DNA from: an uncultured Gemmatimonadales bacterium
GTDB lineage: Bacteria > Gemmatimonadota > Gemmatimonadetes > Gemmatimonadales > Gemmatimonadaceae
Direction: 5' to 3'
Assembly (NCBI GenBank): GCA_963850905.1
Contig: CAWKMU010000003.1
Location: 3,136,001 to 3,200,000, forward strand
Length of the DNA: 64,000 bases
Shown: positions 10,878 through 21,213 of the stretch, piece by piece
Layout of the letters: each line of letters opens with the position of its first letter
How positions within the stretch are numbered: position 1 is the stretch's first letter
Translations under genes and position numbers: made by a program
The notes under the pieces: generated by a model
Databases searched by the model: none
The model's input: only the letters and a program-made list of their open reading frames with translations
What the model was told of the DNA's origin: nothing

Positions 10878-13409
10878 GTGCGCTGTCCATCCTGTGGTCG
10901 TGAAGCAGTTCCAGGTGAACGCTTCTGTGAAGGGTGCGGGCGGGCACTGTTGCCACGGGGTGGCCGAGTGCTCGCAGGCGACGCCCAGGGATCCGCCGGA
11001 TCCACGACGAGCAACCAGGCTACACATGTGCCCGCGCGCCGCTCATCGCGTCGGGCGATAGTGGGCGTGATCGCCATCGTGGTCGGACTCGCCACGGTCG
11101 GCGTGGTGGGGTTGGCTCGTCATCGTCTCGCAGGCACCTCGGCGGACGGGCTGGACTCTGGAGTACAGGGAGCAGGAGCGTCGCTGGTCCGGATTGCGAC
11201 CGTGGCCGCCCCCTGCCCGGAGCAGGATGACATGCTTGCGCTCGAAGGGTATGCGCCGGGTGCTGGCGGGGCCGAACACATCGGACAAAAAGGCATCGGA
11301 CAGCTCGGTGGAATCGCTGATGGCATTGCCGGGGCGCCGCCTGCGCCGTCCGCCGCGCCGCCGTCGAAGTGCCGGGCCCTTACGCAGGACTTGGAAGAGG
11401 CGTTCCACGCGATCGATACTGCCGCGCGAGCCCTGCCAAACGATGGGTACGACGAAGGGGCACGCGCCGCAGAACTGAATGACCCAAGCGCAATCTTTGC
11501 CTTCGTGCGCGACAAGATCCAGACCGAGGCGTACGTGGGTGCGATGCGTGGTGGAGTAGGCACTCTGATGAGTCGGTCTGGCAGTCCGGCCGACAAGGCC
11601 ATTCTGCTGGCCGAGCTACTGGCCGTTCGCGGCATCACCGTGCGATTCCTCCACACAACCCTCTCCAACACCGACGTCGCAGGAGCGATCACTAACGCGG
11701 TAGGCGCACGAGGACCCTCTGCGGCAAGCGTGTCGTCGCAGCAGGCAACCGCCGCACTCGAGACTTTTACCGAGGGCGCAACCTCCGCGCAGCCCATTGC
11801 AGACGGGATCGTGGCCTCCCTCACCGGCGCCGGTGCGACCTTGTCCAACAGCGACAGTGGCCTGCGCGCGCGGTGGGCGACCAATCTGCGAGATCATTGG
11901 TGGGTGCAGGCGCAGGAGGGCGGCGCATGGGTCGATCTTGATCCGACGCTCCCGACCATCTCTGTCGGCTCGCATCTCGGACCGGCCGCAGCCGCCCCGC
12001 CGTCCGACCAGCTTCCCGACACCATCTACACGACCGTCACGTTTCGGATCACAGGCGACTTCGCTGACAAGACTGGGGTGACGACACACTCGATGGTCGA
12101 GAAGCAGGTGCGCGCGGCGGACGCATTCGCCCAGCCGATCGTCGTTCGAGTCGGCGACCCTGACGCGACCGTGGCCGGCCTTGGGAAGTCGAACACGTTC
12201 ACCGCCTCGGTCGTCGTGGGCGGGGGCACCTCGAGCAGTGATCCGTTTCAACCCGACCCCGAGACCGGCCCGCGCTTGCTCCGCCTGCATTTCGAGATCG
12301 AAACCGACAGACCCGGATGTCGGCCGCTCCTCGCGCGGCGGACGATCGTAGATCGAAGCAACACTGGCGGGACGAGCGTCGCGGCGACATGGGATGCTCG
12401 CCGGACAGCGTATGCCCTGACGACGTCCTACGATGGCCTCGCCCTGGCGGGCGCACTCGATCCCGCGTTCGCCGCGGCTCGCGAGGTAGAGGGAACCCAC
12501 GCGCTCCATGGGCTGCTCGAGTACGCCATCAATCGGCAGTTGGATGCCCTTCCGCCTGATGCGAACGAGATCTACCCACTTGAGGTCATGCGCTACCTGG
12601 AGCTCGACGGCATGGTCCGCCACGAAACTGAGGCCCGCTCGGCGAACCATACCCGGTTCTACTTCGATCGGCCGGTAATCGCATTCGTCCATCACGCGAT
12701 GGTCTTCAACGGCTCGGCGGTCGTTGCGCAAAACGACTTCGACGTCGTCGAGGACGCGATGGACGCGACCGGCGCCAATGTTACGACCGCAGTACGAGAC
12801 AACATCACTCGGGGCGTGACCGATAATGCGATCGAGAGGCACGTCGTGCTCCCCAGGGGATTGGTGACGACGCGTGCGCTGTTTGCAGCGGCCGCACGCA
12901 TGGGTGTTCCGACAGTTGCCATTCTTACATCGGGCAGCCAGTCGCGGCTCCCCCCTGCGGCGCTGGTCGCTGCCACCGCCTCATTGCAGCGCGGAGCGAT
13001 CATTGCCACGGCACGCCCCGTTTCCCTTGGCGGCGAGGATCACGTCGGGTGGTGGGAAGTCAATCCGGCGACCGGCTCCACCGTTGGGCGGCTGGAGTCA
13101 GGTGCCGGCCAAGCTCTGGCTGAGTATCTCCCGACGACTGGCGTCGCGCTGAAAGCCAATACGATCGCCGACGTCGTGGGGGGATTCGATGCCTGCATGT
13201 TTGCGGACGTCAACAAAGCGCTGGCCACGTCGAACGGCGACGGGATCGAGATGGTCAGTAAGTGCGGACAGGAGGTGGCGTGCGAATTCGCCGAAGGGCA
13301 GGCCGTCGGCCTGTTCGCGGACTTCTTGTATGGTGGCGACAATGCAGCCAATCAGGCAGCGGATTTGACTAACACCATCTTCGCGCTCGCCAAGAAAGTG
13401 TGCGGCTAG
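10878..13409 (+). CDS. Zinc-ribbon, TM-anchored transglutaminase-like-domain protein
   Basis: CPSC...CEGC, TM helix, IFAFVRDKI..YVGAMRG..GTL..SGSPADKAILL, DHWWVQA..WVDLDP. Confidence 0.65.
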   Translation: MRCPSCGREAVPGERFCEGCGRALLPRGGRVLAGDAQGSAGSTTSNQATHVPARRSSRRAIVGVIAIVVGLATVGVVGLARHRLAGTSADGLDSGVQGAGASLVRIATVAAPCPEQDDMLALEGYAPGAGGAEHIGQKGIGQLGGIADGIAGAPPAPSAAPPSKCRALTQDLEEAFHAIDTAARALPNDGYDEGARAAELNDPSAIFAFVRDKIQTEAYVGAMRGGVGTLMSRSGSPADKAILLAELLAVRGITVRFLHTTLSNTDVAGAITNAVGARGPSAASVSSQQATAALETFTEGATSAQPIADGIVASLTGAGATLSNSDSGLRARWATNLRDHWWVQAQEGGAWVDLDPTLPTISVGSHLGPAAAAPPSDQLPDTIYTTVTFRITGDFADKTGVTTHSMVEKQVRAADAFAQPIVVRVGDPDATVAGLGKSNTFTASVVVGGGTSSSDPFQPDPETGPRLLRLHFEIETDRPGCRPLLARRTIVDRSNTGGTSVAATWDARRTAYALTTSYDGLALAGALDPAFAAAREVEGTHALHGLLEYAINRQLDALPPDANEIYPLEVMRYLELDGMVRHETEARSANHTRFYFDRPVIAFVHHAMVFNGSAVVAQNDFDVVEDAMDATGANVTTAVRDNITRGVTDNAIERHVVLPRGLVTTRALFAAAARMGVPTVAILTSGSQSRLPPAALVAATASLQRGAIIATARPVSLGGEDHVGWWEVNPATGSTVGRLESGAGQALAEYLPTTGVALKANTIADVVGGFDACMFADVNKALATSNGDGIEMVSKCGQEVACEFAEGQAVGLFADFLYGGDNAANQAADLTNTIFALAKKVCG

Positions 13410-13564
13410 GTGGCTCGTGCGGCCCGACACTCCATAGGGGCACATAGTTGCCGCCTATCGAGGCATTCAGCACAAAGTATTGGAATCATTGCGACCGTCT
13501 CGCCATTCTCCGGCACCGCTCCGAGGGCAACCCTGACCGCAGCTTTTCCGTGGAAGGAGAAACA

Positions 13565-14017
13565 GTGACCACTTCACGCATCGGTCGACAGATCGGGCGT
13601 ACGGCAGCGCTCGGCGTTGTTGCGCTCGCCTGGCCAGTCATTGTCGCTGCCCAATTGCCAGGGGTTCGCTGCGCAGACGGTGTCACGGCCGCAACGACCG
13701 CCATTTGCATCGCGTCCCATGACGGTGTCGCGAAAGTTGCTGCCCAAATGGCTTGGCCGGCTGCGGGCGCGAGCGCCAACTCGAGCAACACCGACACAAG
13801 TTCAAAAAATCACAACGGGACCATTGAGCTCAATAGCACCCAGTTTGGAGTGAGCAGATCCAACCCTCCCGCGGGGAACGGCACGGCTCCGGGCAAGGCC
13901 GACCTGTCTGATATCACTGCCGGCCAGGGAAAGCCGCCGCTCGCAGCGAGCAACATCACAGTGACGATCCCGCTGCCCGACACCCCGGCCAAGAAACCGC
14001 AGAGCAAGAAGCCATAG
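13565..14017 (+). CDS. Small secreted hypothetical protein with an Hcp-like segment
   Basis: AAGGAGA SD before GTG at 13565, signal-peptide-like N-terminus, HNGTIELNSTQFGVSRS...GKADLSDIT. Confidence 0.5.
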   Translation: MTTSRIGRQIGRTAALGVVALAWPVIVAAQLPGVRCADGVTAATTAICIASHDGVAKVAAQMAWPAAGASANSSNTDTSSKNHNGTIELNSTQFGVSRSNPPAGNGTAPGKADLSDITAGQGKPPLAASNITVTIPLPDTPAKKPQSKKP

Positions 14018-14089
14018 GCAGCCGCGTTGGCTGCGGCGCAGTGCGGCGCCGCCTCGATCCTCCAGCCCGAGCACACCTCGCCGGCCGAG

Positions 14090-14119
14090 CTCAACAAGAA
14101 GTCGGATCAGAACGTGCGC
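14090..14119 (+). repeat. 30-bp direct repeat copy 2
   Basis: Identical to 8437-8466. Confidence 0.92.
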
Positions 14120-14369
14120 GTTCGAGCTTCCTGACGCGACAATGAGAAGACGCGTGAACCCGTAGCGAGCGCATCGAGAGAAGAACTCCCCGCGCACCGC
14201 TCGAGAACGTTGTGGTGCTCTACGGCCATGCCCCACTGGGTCACGCGTCAACCCTCGACCGCAGCGCTGCGTGGACCTTGGTGCACTACCCGCGCTCAGC
14301 GGTCCCGACCAACTACCATGGCCGCGATCGAACACCACTCACCGTCATGGAAAGGCGGAGGAACCGCGC

Positions 14370-15920
14370 ATGCCCCCACAAGGCTCACAGAAGCCCAACA
14401 TCCTGTTCATCATGGGCGACGACATCGGCTGGTTCAACCTCAGTGCGTACCACCAGGGCATTATGGCGTCACGAACGCCCAATCTCGACCGCATGGCTTC
14501 GGAGGGCACGCGGTTCACGGACTACTACGCCGAGGCCAGCTGCACCGCGGGCCGCGCCAATTTCATTACGGGACAGCTGCCGATTCGCACGGGTCTCACC
14601 ACCGTCGGCCAGGCCGGTTCGACCGTCGGTATGCCCAAGGAAGCACCGACGATCGCCACGGCGCTCCGATCGATGGGGTATGCCACTGGGCAGTTCGGCA
14701 AGAACCACTTGGGCGATCTGAACAAATTCCTGCCGACCGTGCACGGGTTCGACGAATTTTTCGGCTACCTCTATCACCTGGACGCGATGGAGGATCCGTT
14801 CCATCGGAACTACCCGCCCGCCCTCAAAGAGAAGGTGGGCCCCCGCAACATGCTGCACACGTGGGCCACGGATAAGGACGACGCGACGGTGGACCCGCGC
14901 TGGGGCAAGGTTGGCAAACAGAAGATTGTCGACGAGGGCCCGCTGCCCCCGCACCCGACCAACGGAGCCAAGTACGACATGGAGACGGTGGACGACGCCA
15001 TCCGCGATCACGCGTTCGACTTCATCGACAAGGCGAAGAGTGCCGGGAAGCCCTTCTTTGTCTGGCTCAATCCGACACGCATGCACGTCGTCACGCACTT
15101 GTCGGAGAAGTACGAAAAGTTGCGCACGCCAGAGAACGGTTGGAGCGTACAGGAAGCCGGGCTGGCACAACTCGACGACATCGTGGGCGCGGTTCTGAAG
15201 AAGCTGAAGGACACGGGTCTTGATGACAACACGATCGTCGTGTTCAGCACCGACAACGGCGCGGAGTGTATGACCTGGCCGGACGGTGGCCAGACGCCAT
15301 TTGCAGGCGAAAAAGGAGCAGTGCTCGAAGGGGGCTTCCGGGCGCCCTGCATCATTCGGTGGCCAGGCAAGGTACCAGCTGGCAAGGTCGAGAACGGGAT
15401 CATCTCCGGCCTCGATTGGTTTCCGACGTTCGTTGCCGCCGCCGGCAACCCCAACATCGCTGACGAGCTGGTAGATGGTAAGCAGTTGGGCGACCAAACC
15501 TACAAGGTCCATCTCGATGGCTACAACCAGCTCGACCTCATCACCGGGAAAGGTCCATCGAAGCGGCAGGAGATCTTCTATTTCGCTGAGGGCACCTTAG
15601 GGGCGGTCCGCGTCAACGACTACAAGTATCGGTTCATCGACCAGCCCGGCGGATGGCTGGGCGGCACGGTCAAACCCGACTGGCCCATCCTCTGCAACCT
15701 CCGCCTCGATCCGTTCGAGCGCACCGGACTGGATCGGTCGCTGAACTTCTACAGTTGGTTCGCGTACGAGTTCTGGCGCTTTGTGTTCGTCCAACAAGTG
15801 GTGGAAAAGTTTGCGGAGACGTTCGTCGCATTCCCGCCGATGCAGCCGCCTGCCACGTTCAACCTCGCGGCGATCAAGGAGCAGCTGGCGAAGAAGGTCG
15901 CGACACATTCAGGCGTCTAG
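14370..15920 (+). CDS. Arylsulfatase paralog 2
   Basis: [37 protein letters not shown] before ATG 14370. Confidence 0.93.
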   Translation: MPPQGSQKPNILFIMGDDIGWFNLSAYHQGIMASRTPNLDRMASEGTRFTDYYAEASCTAGRANFITGQLPIRTGLTTVGQAGSTVGMPKEAPTIATALRSMGYATGQFGKNHLGDLNKFLPTVHGFDEFFGYLYHLDAMEDPFHRNYPPALKEKVGPRNMLHTWATDKDDATVDPRWGKVGKQKIVDEGPLPPHPTNGAKYDMETVDDAIRDHAFDFIDKAKSAGKPFFVWLNPTRMHVVTHLSEKYEKLRTPENGWSVQEAGLAQLDDIVGAVLKKLKDTGLDDNTIVVFSTDNGAECMTWPDGGQTPFAGEKGAVLEGGFRAPCIIRWPGKVPAGKVENGIISGLDWFPTFVAAAGNPNIADELVDGKQLGDQTYKVHLDGYNQLDLITGKGPSKRQEIFYFAEGTLGAVRVNDYKYRFIDQPGGWLGGTVKPDWPILCNLRLDPFERTGLDRSLNFYSWFAYEFWRFVFVQQVVEKFAETFVAFPPMQPPATFNLAAIKEQLAKKVATHSGV

Positions 15921-16171
15921 GGCAGGGTGAGCGAGCGGCGCCCCGCCCCTGGGGCGCCCGCTCTCCCGAGCGGCCACCAGGCGGTAACGCACACCCCCGA
16001 CCGCGCGCTGGCGAGCCTGGCTACACGTGCCGCACCTACCAGTATAAGATCAAGGACGCGGTCGCCTCGCTCCGATCGACCACTCGACGCGACCGCGGGA
16101 CTGCGCCACATTGGCCCAGTCTCGTGACCGACCGCCGTGTTTCGCCGACCTCAACCCCCAAACCTCTTCGC

Positions 16172-16738
16172 ATGTTGACGCTCTCGCCTTCTCACCGCAC
16201 CGTGCGTCCCTGTCTGACATGGCTCTACGGAGCGCTGCTCATTACCGCGTGCCAATCCGAACACGGCAGCGCCACTGCCCAGGCGGGCCGGTCCCCATCG
16301 GACACAGGCGCGGCACCAGCTGCTGCTCCCGCCGCTGCGCCCGCTGCATCGCCCGGCGCACCGATCACCTTCGCCCCCGCGCTCGGCGTCGACATGGCGA
16401 CAATGACAAAGACGCCGTCCGGGCTGGCGTATCACGATGTGAAGGTGGGCACGGGCGCCACCGCAGTGGCAGGCAAGACGGTATCCGTGCACTACACCGG
16501 GTGGTTGCCCGATGGAACCAAATTCGACAGCAGCCGCGATCGCAATCAACCATTTCAGTTCGCGCTGGGCGCGGGGCAGGTGATCAAGGGGTGGGACGAG
16601 GGGGTCGCCGGTATGAAGGTCGGCGGCCGTCGAACGCTGGTCATTCCTCCCGACCTCGCCTACGGTCCAAACGGCTCGGACCCCATCCCGCCCAACGCAA
16701 CGCTTGTATTCGACGTCGAGCTCCTCGGCGTGCACTGA
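16172..16738 (+). CDS. FKBP-type peptidyl-prolyl isomerase, probable lipoprotein
   Basis: [39 protein letters not shown]; lipobox-like ITAC. Confidence 0.92.
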   Translation: MLTLSPSHRTVRPCLTWLYGALLITACQSEHGSATAQAGRSPSDTGAAPAAAPAAAPAASPGAPITFAPALGVDMATMTKTPSGLAYHDVKVGTGATAVAGKTVSVHYTGWLPDGTKFDSSRDRNQPFQFALGAGQVIKGWDEGVAGMKVGGRRTLVIPPDLAYGPNGSDPIPPNATLVFDVELLGVH

Positions 16739-16896
16739 TTGAGGCTTCGCCTCAATAGAAAGGCGAAGGAGAGAGGAGAAAGGAGACGAACGCTGTCAGG
16801 CGGTGCTACCGGCGGTAGGCGCGGTACGCGCGTCGTTGACGGTAGTCCAGACGCAGGTCGGGCGTAGGCCGTGTCGCCAACGCCAGCCCAGGACCG

Positions 16897-16921
16897 GTAG
16901 GGGCGACGCATTGCGTCGCCC
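16897..16921 (+). repeat. GTAG-type REP palindrome (GTAG-GGGCGACGC-n-GCGTCGCCC)
   Basis: Same unit at 40958, 52691, 52768 and 59716 (minus). Confidence 0.85.
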
Positions 16922-17007
16922 GCGGTGACAGCTGGTATCCGTCGCCAGATGCGGCGTTATCGTCGCGTCACCAGAGGAGCGGGATCAGGCGATATCGCAC
17001 GTGCCGG

Positions 17008-17205
17008 CACATGGTGTCCGCGCTCGCTCTGAATCCGCACGAGCGGCGATAGATAGGGATTGTCGGTGAACGACCGCAGGAGAAAGAATCCGGCGACGAG
17101 CAAGAGCAGCGCCCCGATGAGCTGAAGCCACGCGGGGACAGGCGGCGTCCAGTGAAAGCGGCGTCCGTCCAGCGGCATGACGACAATCCACACAACGAAG
17201 CCGGC
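17008..17205 (-). pseudogene. Internal fragment of an isoprenylcysteine carboxyl methyltransferase-like membrane protein
   Basis: MPLDGRRFHW...RSFTDNPYLSPLVRIQSERGHHV; lacks the N-terminus and the expected downstream GPY..RHPMY motif. Confidence 0.6.
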
Positions 17206-17293
17206 CCTGGACGAACGCCGGCAGCGGGTCCTTTGGCCGCAACGGCATGATCTGATCGTGGGTCCTACCGATTGGCATATCCTGATAGTCACG

Positions 17294-17324
17294 TCTTGAC
17301 AGTCAAGAGGACGTGCCGTAACCT
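17294..17324 (+). promoter_or_regulatory. Sigma70 promoter (TTGACA-17-TAACCT) overlapped by palindrome TCTTGAC-A-GTCAAGA, a likely PadR operator
   Basis: -35 at 17296-17301, -10 at 17319-17324, perfect 7-1-7 inverted repeat 17294-17308. Confidence 0.7.
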
Positions 17325-17353
17325 GCAAGGCACCGGCCGAATAGAGGGGACTC

Positions 17354-17689
17354 GTGGACCAGCCAACGACTGATGTCATCCAGGGCACGCTCGACATGCT
17401 GATCCTCAAGACGCTGAGCTTGGCGCCGCTGCACGGGTTCGGCATCGCGCGGCGCATCGAGCAGATCTCGCGCGGCGTGTTCAAGGTGAATCCGGGCTCG
17501 CTCCTCGTCGCCCTGCAGCGGCTGGAGCGCGCGGGCTGGCTGGAGGCTGAGTGGCGGGAGACGCCCAACTCCCGGCGGGCCAAGTTCTATAGCCTGACAC
17601 GGGCGGGCCGAAAGCAGCTGGACGTGGAAACAGAGGACTGGAGCCGCCGAGTCGGGGCAGTCGCGCGGTTACTCAAGGCGGAGGGTTGA
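17354..17689 (+). CDS. PadR family transcriptional regulator
   Basis: QGTLDMLILKTL, HGFGIARRIEQ, RRAKFYSLT. Confidence 0.92.
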   Translation: MDQPTTDVIQGTLDMLILKTLSLAPLHGFGIARRIEQISRGVFKVNPGSLLVALQRLERAGWLEAEWRETPNSRRAKFYSLTRAGRKQLDVETEDWSRRVGAVARLLKAEG

Positions 17690-17692
17690 CGC

Positions 17693-20344
17693 GTGTCCAT
17701 CTGGAGCCAGATCTCGCACGGTCTCCACGTGCTCGTCCATCGACGCGATGCGGACCAGGACCTCTCAGACGAATTGCAACATTACTTCAACGAGGCTGTC
17801 GCTGAAGCGCTGGCCCGCGGGCTGTCACCGGAAGCCGCACGCCATGCCGCGCGCGCGGAATGCGGCAGTCTCGCAGGCCGGCGAGAGGAAGTCCGCGCCG
17901 CCGGTTGGGAACACGTCGTCGACACGACCCTCGCGGACATTCGTTACGCGGCACGGCGACTGCGCACCAGCCCTGGCTTCACGACCGTGAGCGTCATCAC
18001 ACTCGCGATCGGCATTGGCGCCACGACGGCCATCTTCAGCGCGGTCAACGCCATTCTATTCGAGCCGCTGCCATACCCCCATGCGGACCGCATCCTCATG
18101 ATTTCGGATGTAGGAGTGGGGAATGCGTTGAGCGAACCGACCTTCGGGACGTATGAAGAGCTGGCACAGCGTAGCCATGCCTTTGAGGCGCTGGCCGCGA
18201 CCAATGCGTGGACGCCGGCGCTGACCGGGACCGGCGCTCCGGACCGCGTCGCGGCGGAGCAGGTGAGTGCACCATTCTTCCGCGTGTGGGGGATCCCACC
18301 CACGAAGGGACGCGACTTCGTCAGCAGCGAGGATGTGCTCAACGGTCCCCACGTTGCCATCCTCAGCTCCCGGTTGGCGACACGCCGCTTCGGCACCGAG
18401 CAGGACGCCGTGGGCAAGCCGGTGACGTTGGATGGCGATCCCTACACCGTCGTAGGCGTCCTGCCGGCGGGCTTCCACAACGACCTGGCCCCGTCCGCTG
18501 ACATCTGGGTGCCGCTGCAGTACAGACCGCACGCTCCGCCACTCACCCGGGAGTGGGGCCACCACATCCACATCGTCGGCCGGCTGCGCGCCGGCGTGAC
18601 CGCCGACCAGGCCCGGAGGGGCCTCGAAGCGATCGCGCGGACGCCCGTTGCCGACTTTCCGAGGCCTACCTGGGCCGATCTCGCGGACGGCCTTATCGTG
18701 CACCCCCTCCAGCAAGACGTCACCAGCGACGCACGACCGGCACTGCTCGCCATCTTGGGCGCGGTATTTCTCGTCCTTGCGATCGCCGGGGTCAATGTCA
18801 CCAACCTGCTACTCGCTCGCGGCGTGCAACGCCGAGGCGAGTTCGCCATGCGCATCGCGCTCGGCGCCGGCCGGAGGCGACTCCTGCGACAACTACTGAC
18901 CGAGAGTGTCCTCCTGGCGTTGCTGGGTGGAGCGCTGGCGCTTGGCCTCGCGCTCGCCGGTGTGCGAGCGATTGTAGCGCTTAGTCCGCCCGGGCTCCCG
19001 CGCGTCGACGCGATCCGCCTCGATTCCGCTGCTTTCGTGTTCGCGCTCGCCATCACGAGCATGGTGGGGATCGTTGTGGGGCTCGCCCCAGCGCTCAGCG
19101 CCGCACGGGACGACCCGCTGGTCGCACTGCACGAGGGATCGCAGCGCACGGCTGGAAGTCACCACGCGACGCGGCGCAGCCTCGTCGTCGCCGAAGTCGG
19201 CCTGGCGCTCGTGCTGTTGGTGAGTGCGGGACTCCTCGTGCGGAGCCTCAAGCGCCTGGTGTCGGTCGCGACGGGGTTCGATGCGTCACACATGGTCACG
19301 ATGCAAGTATTGGCGGCCGGCCACCAGTATGACTCCGACGACGCGCGATCCCGCTTCTTCACCAACGCACTTGACGCCGTGCGAGCCGTGCCGGGGGTCG
19401 CAGCGGCCGCCTTCACGAGCCAGCTGCCGCTCAGTGGAGATCATGATGGCTATGGCGTGACCTTTCAGTCGCACCCGACCGACAGCGTCGCCGCGACCCG
19501 GTATGTCGTGACGCCCGGCTACCTCGAGGCGATGCGGACGCCACTGCTCCGGGGCCGATTGTTCGACAGACACGATGTCCACGGTTCGCCTGAGGTGCTC
19601 CTCATCAGCCAGTCGTTTGCCAATCGGGTATTTCCGGGCGAAGACCCGATCGGCCAGCATATGAAAGCGGGTCCGGATTTCGCCGATCCGACACGGCCAT
19701 GGGGGACCGTGGTCGGCGTGGTCGCGGACGTGAAGCAGGACTCGCTGGCGATTGGCAACGGGGACGCGTTTTACATGCCCATGGGCCAGTGGAATTGGGT
19801 CGACGCCACGCAGTCGTTGATCGTGCGCGCGTCCAGCGACCCGTCCACCCTCGTTCCAGCGCTCGAGCACGCCATCTGGTCCATCGACAAGGACCAGCCG
19901 ATCACACGCGTCGTGACAATGGACGCGTTGATTGCAGGGTCTGCCGCCAACCGGCGGTTTGCCCTCACGCTGTTCGAGGCATTCGGTGGTGTCGCGCTGC
20001 TGCTAGCCGCGGTGGGGATCTACGGCGTGTTGTCTGGTTCTGTCAGTGAGCGCACCCGAGAGATCGGCGTGCGTTCGGCGCTGGGCGCGTCTCAGGGTGC
20101 GATCCTGAGTCTGATCGGCCGAGACGGGATGCGGCTCACCGCGTTCGGCGTGGTCTTCGGACTCGCTGGAGCATTCGTCGCGAGTCGTGCCATCTCCACA
20201 CTCCTCTTCGGCATCACCCCTCTCGATCCGATCACCTACCTCGCAACGGCCGGATTGCTCGGCGCCGTGTCCGCCATCGCATGCTGGCTGCCCGCCTGGC
20301 GGGCGACGCGTGTAGACCCCGCCGACACGCTGCGATTGGAATAG
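17693..20344 (+). CDS. ADOP-type ABC transporter permease (MacB_PCD/FtsX duplicated)
   Basis: DIRYAARRLRTSPGF, GIGATTAIFS, RIALGAGR, RTREIGVRSALGA. Confidence 0.9.
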   Translation: MSIWSQISHGLHVLVHRRDADQDLSDELQHYFNEAVAEALARGLSPEAARHAARAECGSLAGRREEVRAAGWEHVVDTTLADIRYAARRLRTSPGFTTVSVITLAIGIGATTAIFSAVNAILFEPLPYPHADRILMISDVGVGNALSEPTFGTYEELAQRSHAFEALAATNAWTPALTGTGAPDRVAAEQVSAPFFRVWGIPPTKGRDFVSSEDVLNGPHVAILSSRLATRRFGTEQDAVGKPVTLDGDPYTVVGVLPAGFHNDLAPSADIWVPLQYRPHAPPLTREWGHHIHIVGRLRAGVTADQARRGLEAIARTPVADFPRPTWADLADGLIVHPLQQDVTSDARPALLAILGAVFLVLAIAGVNVTNLLLARGVQRRGEFAMRIALGAGRRRLLRQLLTESVLLALLGGALALGLALAGVRAIVALSPPGLPRVDAIRLDSAAFVFALAITSMVGIVVGLAPALSAARDDPLVALHEGSQRTAGSHHATRRSLVVAEVGLALVLLVSAGLLVRSLKRLVSVATGFDASHMVTMQVLAAGHQYDSDDARSRFFTNALDAVRAVPGVAAAAFTSQLPLSGDHDGYGVTFQSHPTDSVAATRYVVTPGYLEAMRTPLLRGRLFDRHDVHGSPEVLLISQSFANRVFPGEDPIGQHMKAGPDFADPTRPWGTVVGVVADVKQDSLAIGNGDAFYMPMGQWNWVDATQSLIVRASSDPSTLVPALEHAIWSIDKDQPITRVVTMDALIAGSAANRRFALTLFEAFGGVALLLAAVGIYGVLSGSVSERTREIGVRSALGASQGAILSLIGRDGMRLTAFGVVFGLAGAFVASRAISTLLFGITPLDPITYLATAGLLGAVSAIACWLPAWRATRVDPADTLRLE

Positions 20345-20346
20345 GC

Positions 20347-21213
20347 TTAAGCCCTCGCGTCCGGAGTAACTCGTTCAGGGTGTGTGTAGACATTCGCGGT
20401 CGTCCCACGCAGGAGCGCCACCAAAGTGAGGCTCGCAGCTTCCGCCATGCGAATGGCGAGTCCGGTCGGCCGCGACACCGCGGCGAGGAGAGGGATGCCC
20501 GCAGTCGCGGCCCGCTGTACGAGCTCGTAGCTGGCGCGGCTCGTCATGAGCACGAATCCGCCCGACGGGTCGCGGCCGACGCGAGCGAGCGCGCCAATCA
20601 CCTTGTCCAACGCGTTATGCCGACCCACGTCCTCGCGCACGACCTGCAGGGCTCCGTCGGCCCTCGCCCACGCCGCTGCGTGTACGGCGCCCGTCGCTCG
20701 ATTGAGCGGTTGGCAGCCGACGAGCGACGCCTCAGCCCTCCATAGGGCGGCCGGCTCGACCGACCACCCGGCCGCGACCGGCGGCGTCGGACGCAGCACC
20801 TCGGCAATGGTCTCGACCCCGCACAACCCGCACCCAGTCCGACCAACCAATTGCCGGCCGCGCACGGCGAGCGCATCGGCTGCCGGCTCAGGGAGGGTGA
20901 TGCGTATCTCGATCCCCTGGCTGTACCGCTCCACGCGCACGTCGGTCATCTCGCCCACCAATGACACGATCGCCTCCGACAGCGTGAACCCGACGGCGAA
21001 GTCTTCCAGGTCGGCGGGCGTCGCCATCATCACGACATGGGGCCGTCCGTTGTAGACGAATGCGACTGGTACTTCCTCCGCTACGGCGGCGGCGCCGGTG
21101 GACCGCGTATCGCCATCGAGGCGAACGTACGAACGCTCCTTCTGTACCTCCGCGTACCCCAAGCCGAGCAGCGGATGCCCCGGGGTCAGCGTGTCAGGGA
21201 CTGGACGAGTCAC
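20347..21213 (-). CDS. fdhD: Formate dehydrogenase accessory sulfurtransferase FdhD
   Basis: MMATPADLEDFAVGF, GCGLCG, EDVGRHNALDK, SRASYEL. Confidence 0.93.
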   Translation of the reverse strand: MTRPVPDTLTPGHPLLGLGYAEVQKERSYVRLDGDTRSTGAAAVAEEVPVAFVYNGRPHVVMMATPADLEDFAVGFTLSEAIVSLVGEMTDVRVERYSQGIEIRITLPEPAADALAVRGRQLVGRTGCGLCGVETIAEVLRPTPPVAAGWSVEPAALWRAEASLVGCQPLNRATGAVHAAAWARADGALQVVREDVGRHNALDKVIGALARVGRDPSGGFVLMTSRASYELVQRAATAGIPLLAAVSRPTGLAIRMAEAASLTLVALLRGTTANVYTHPERVTPDARA

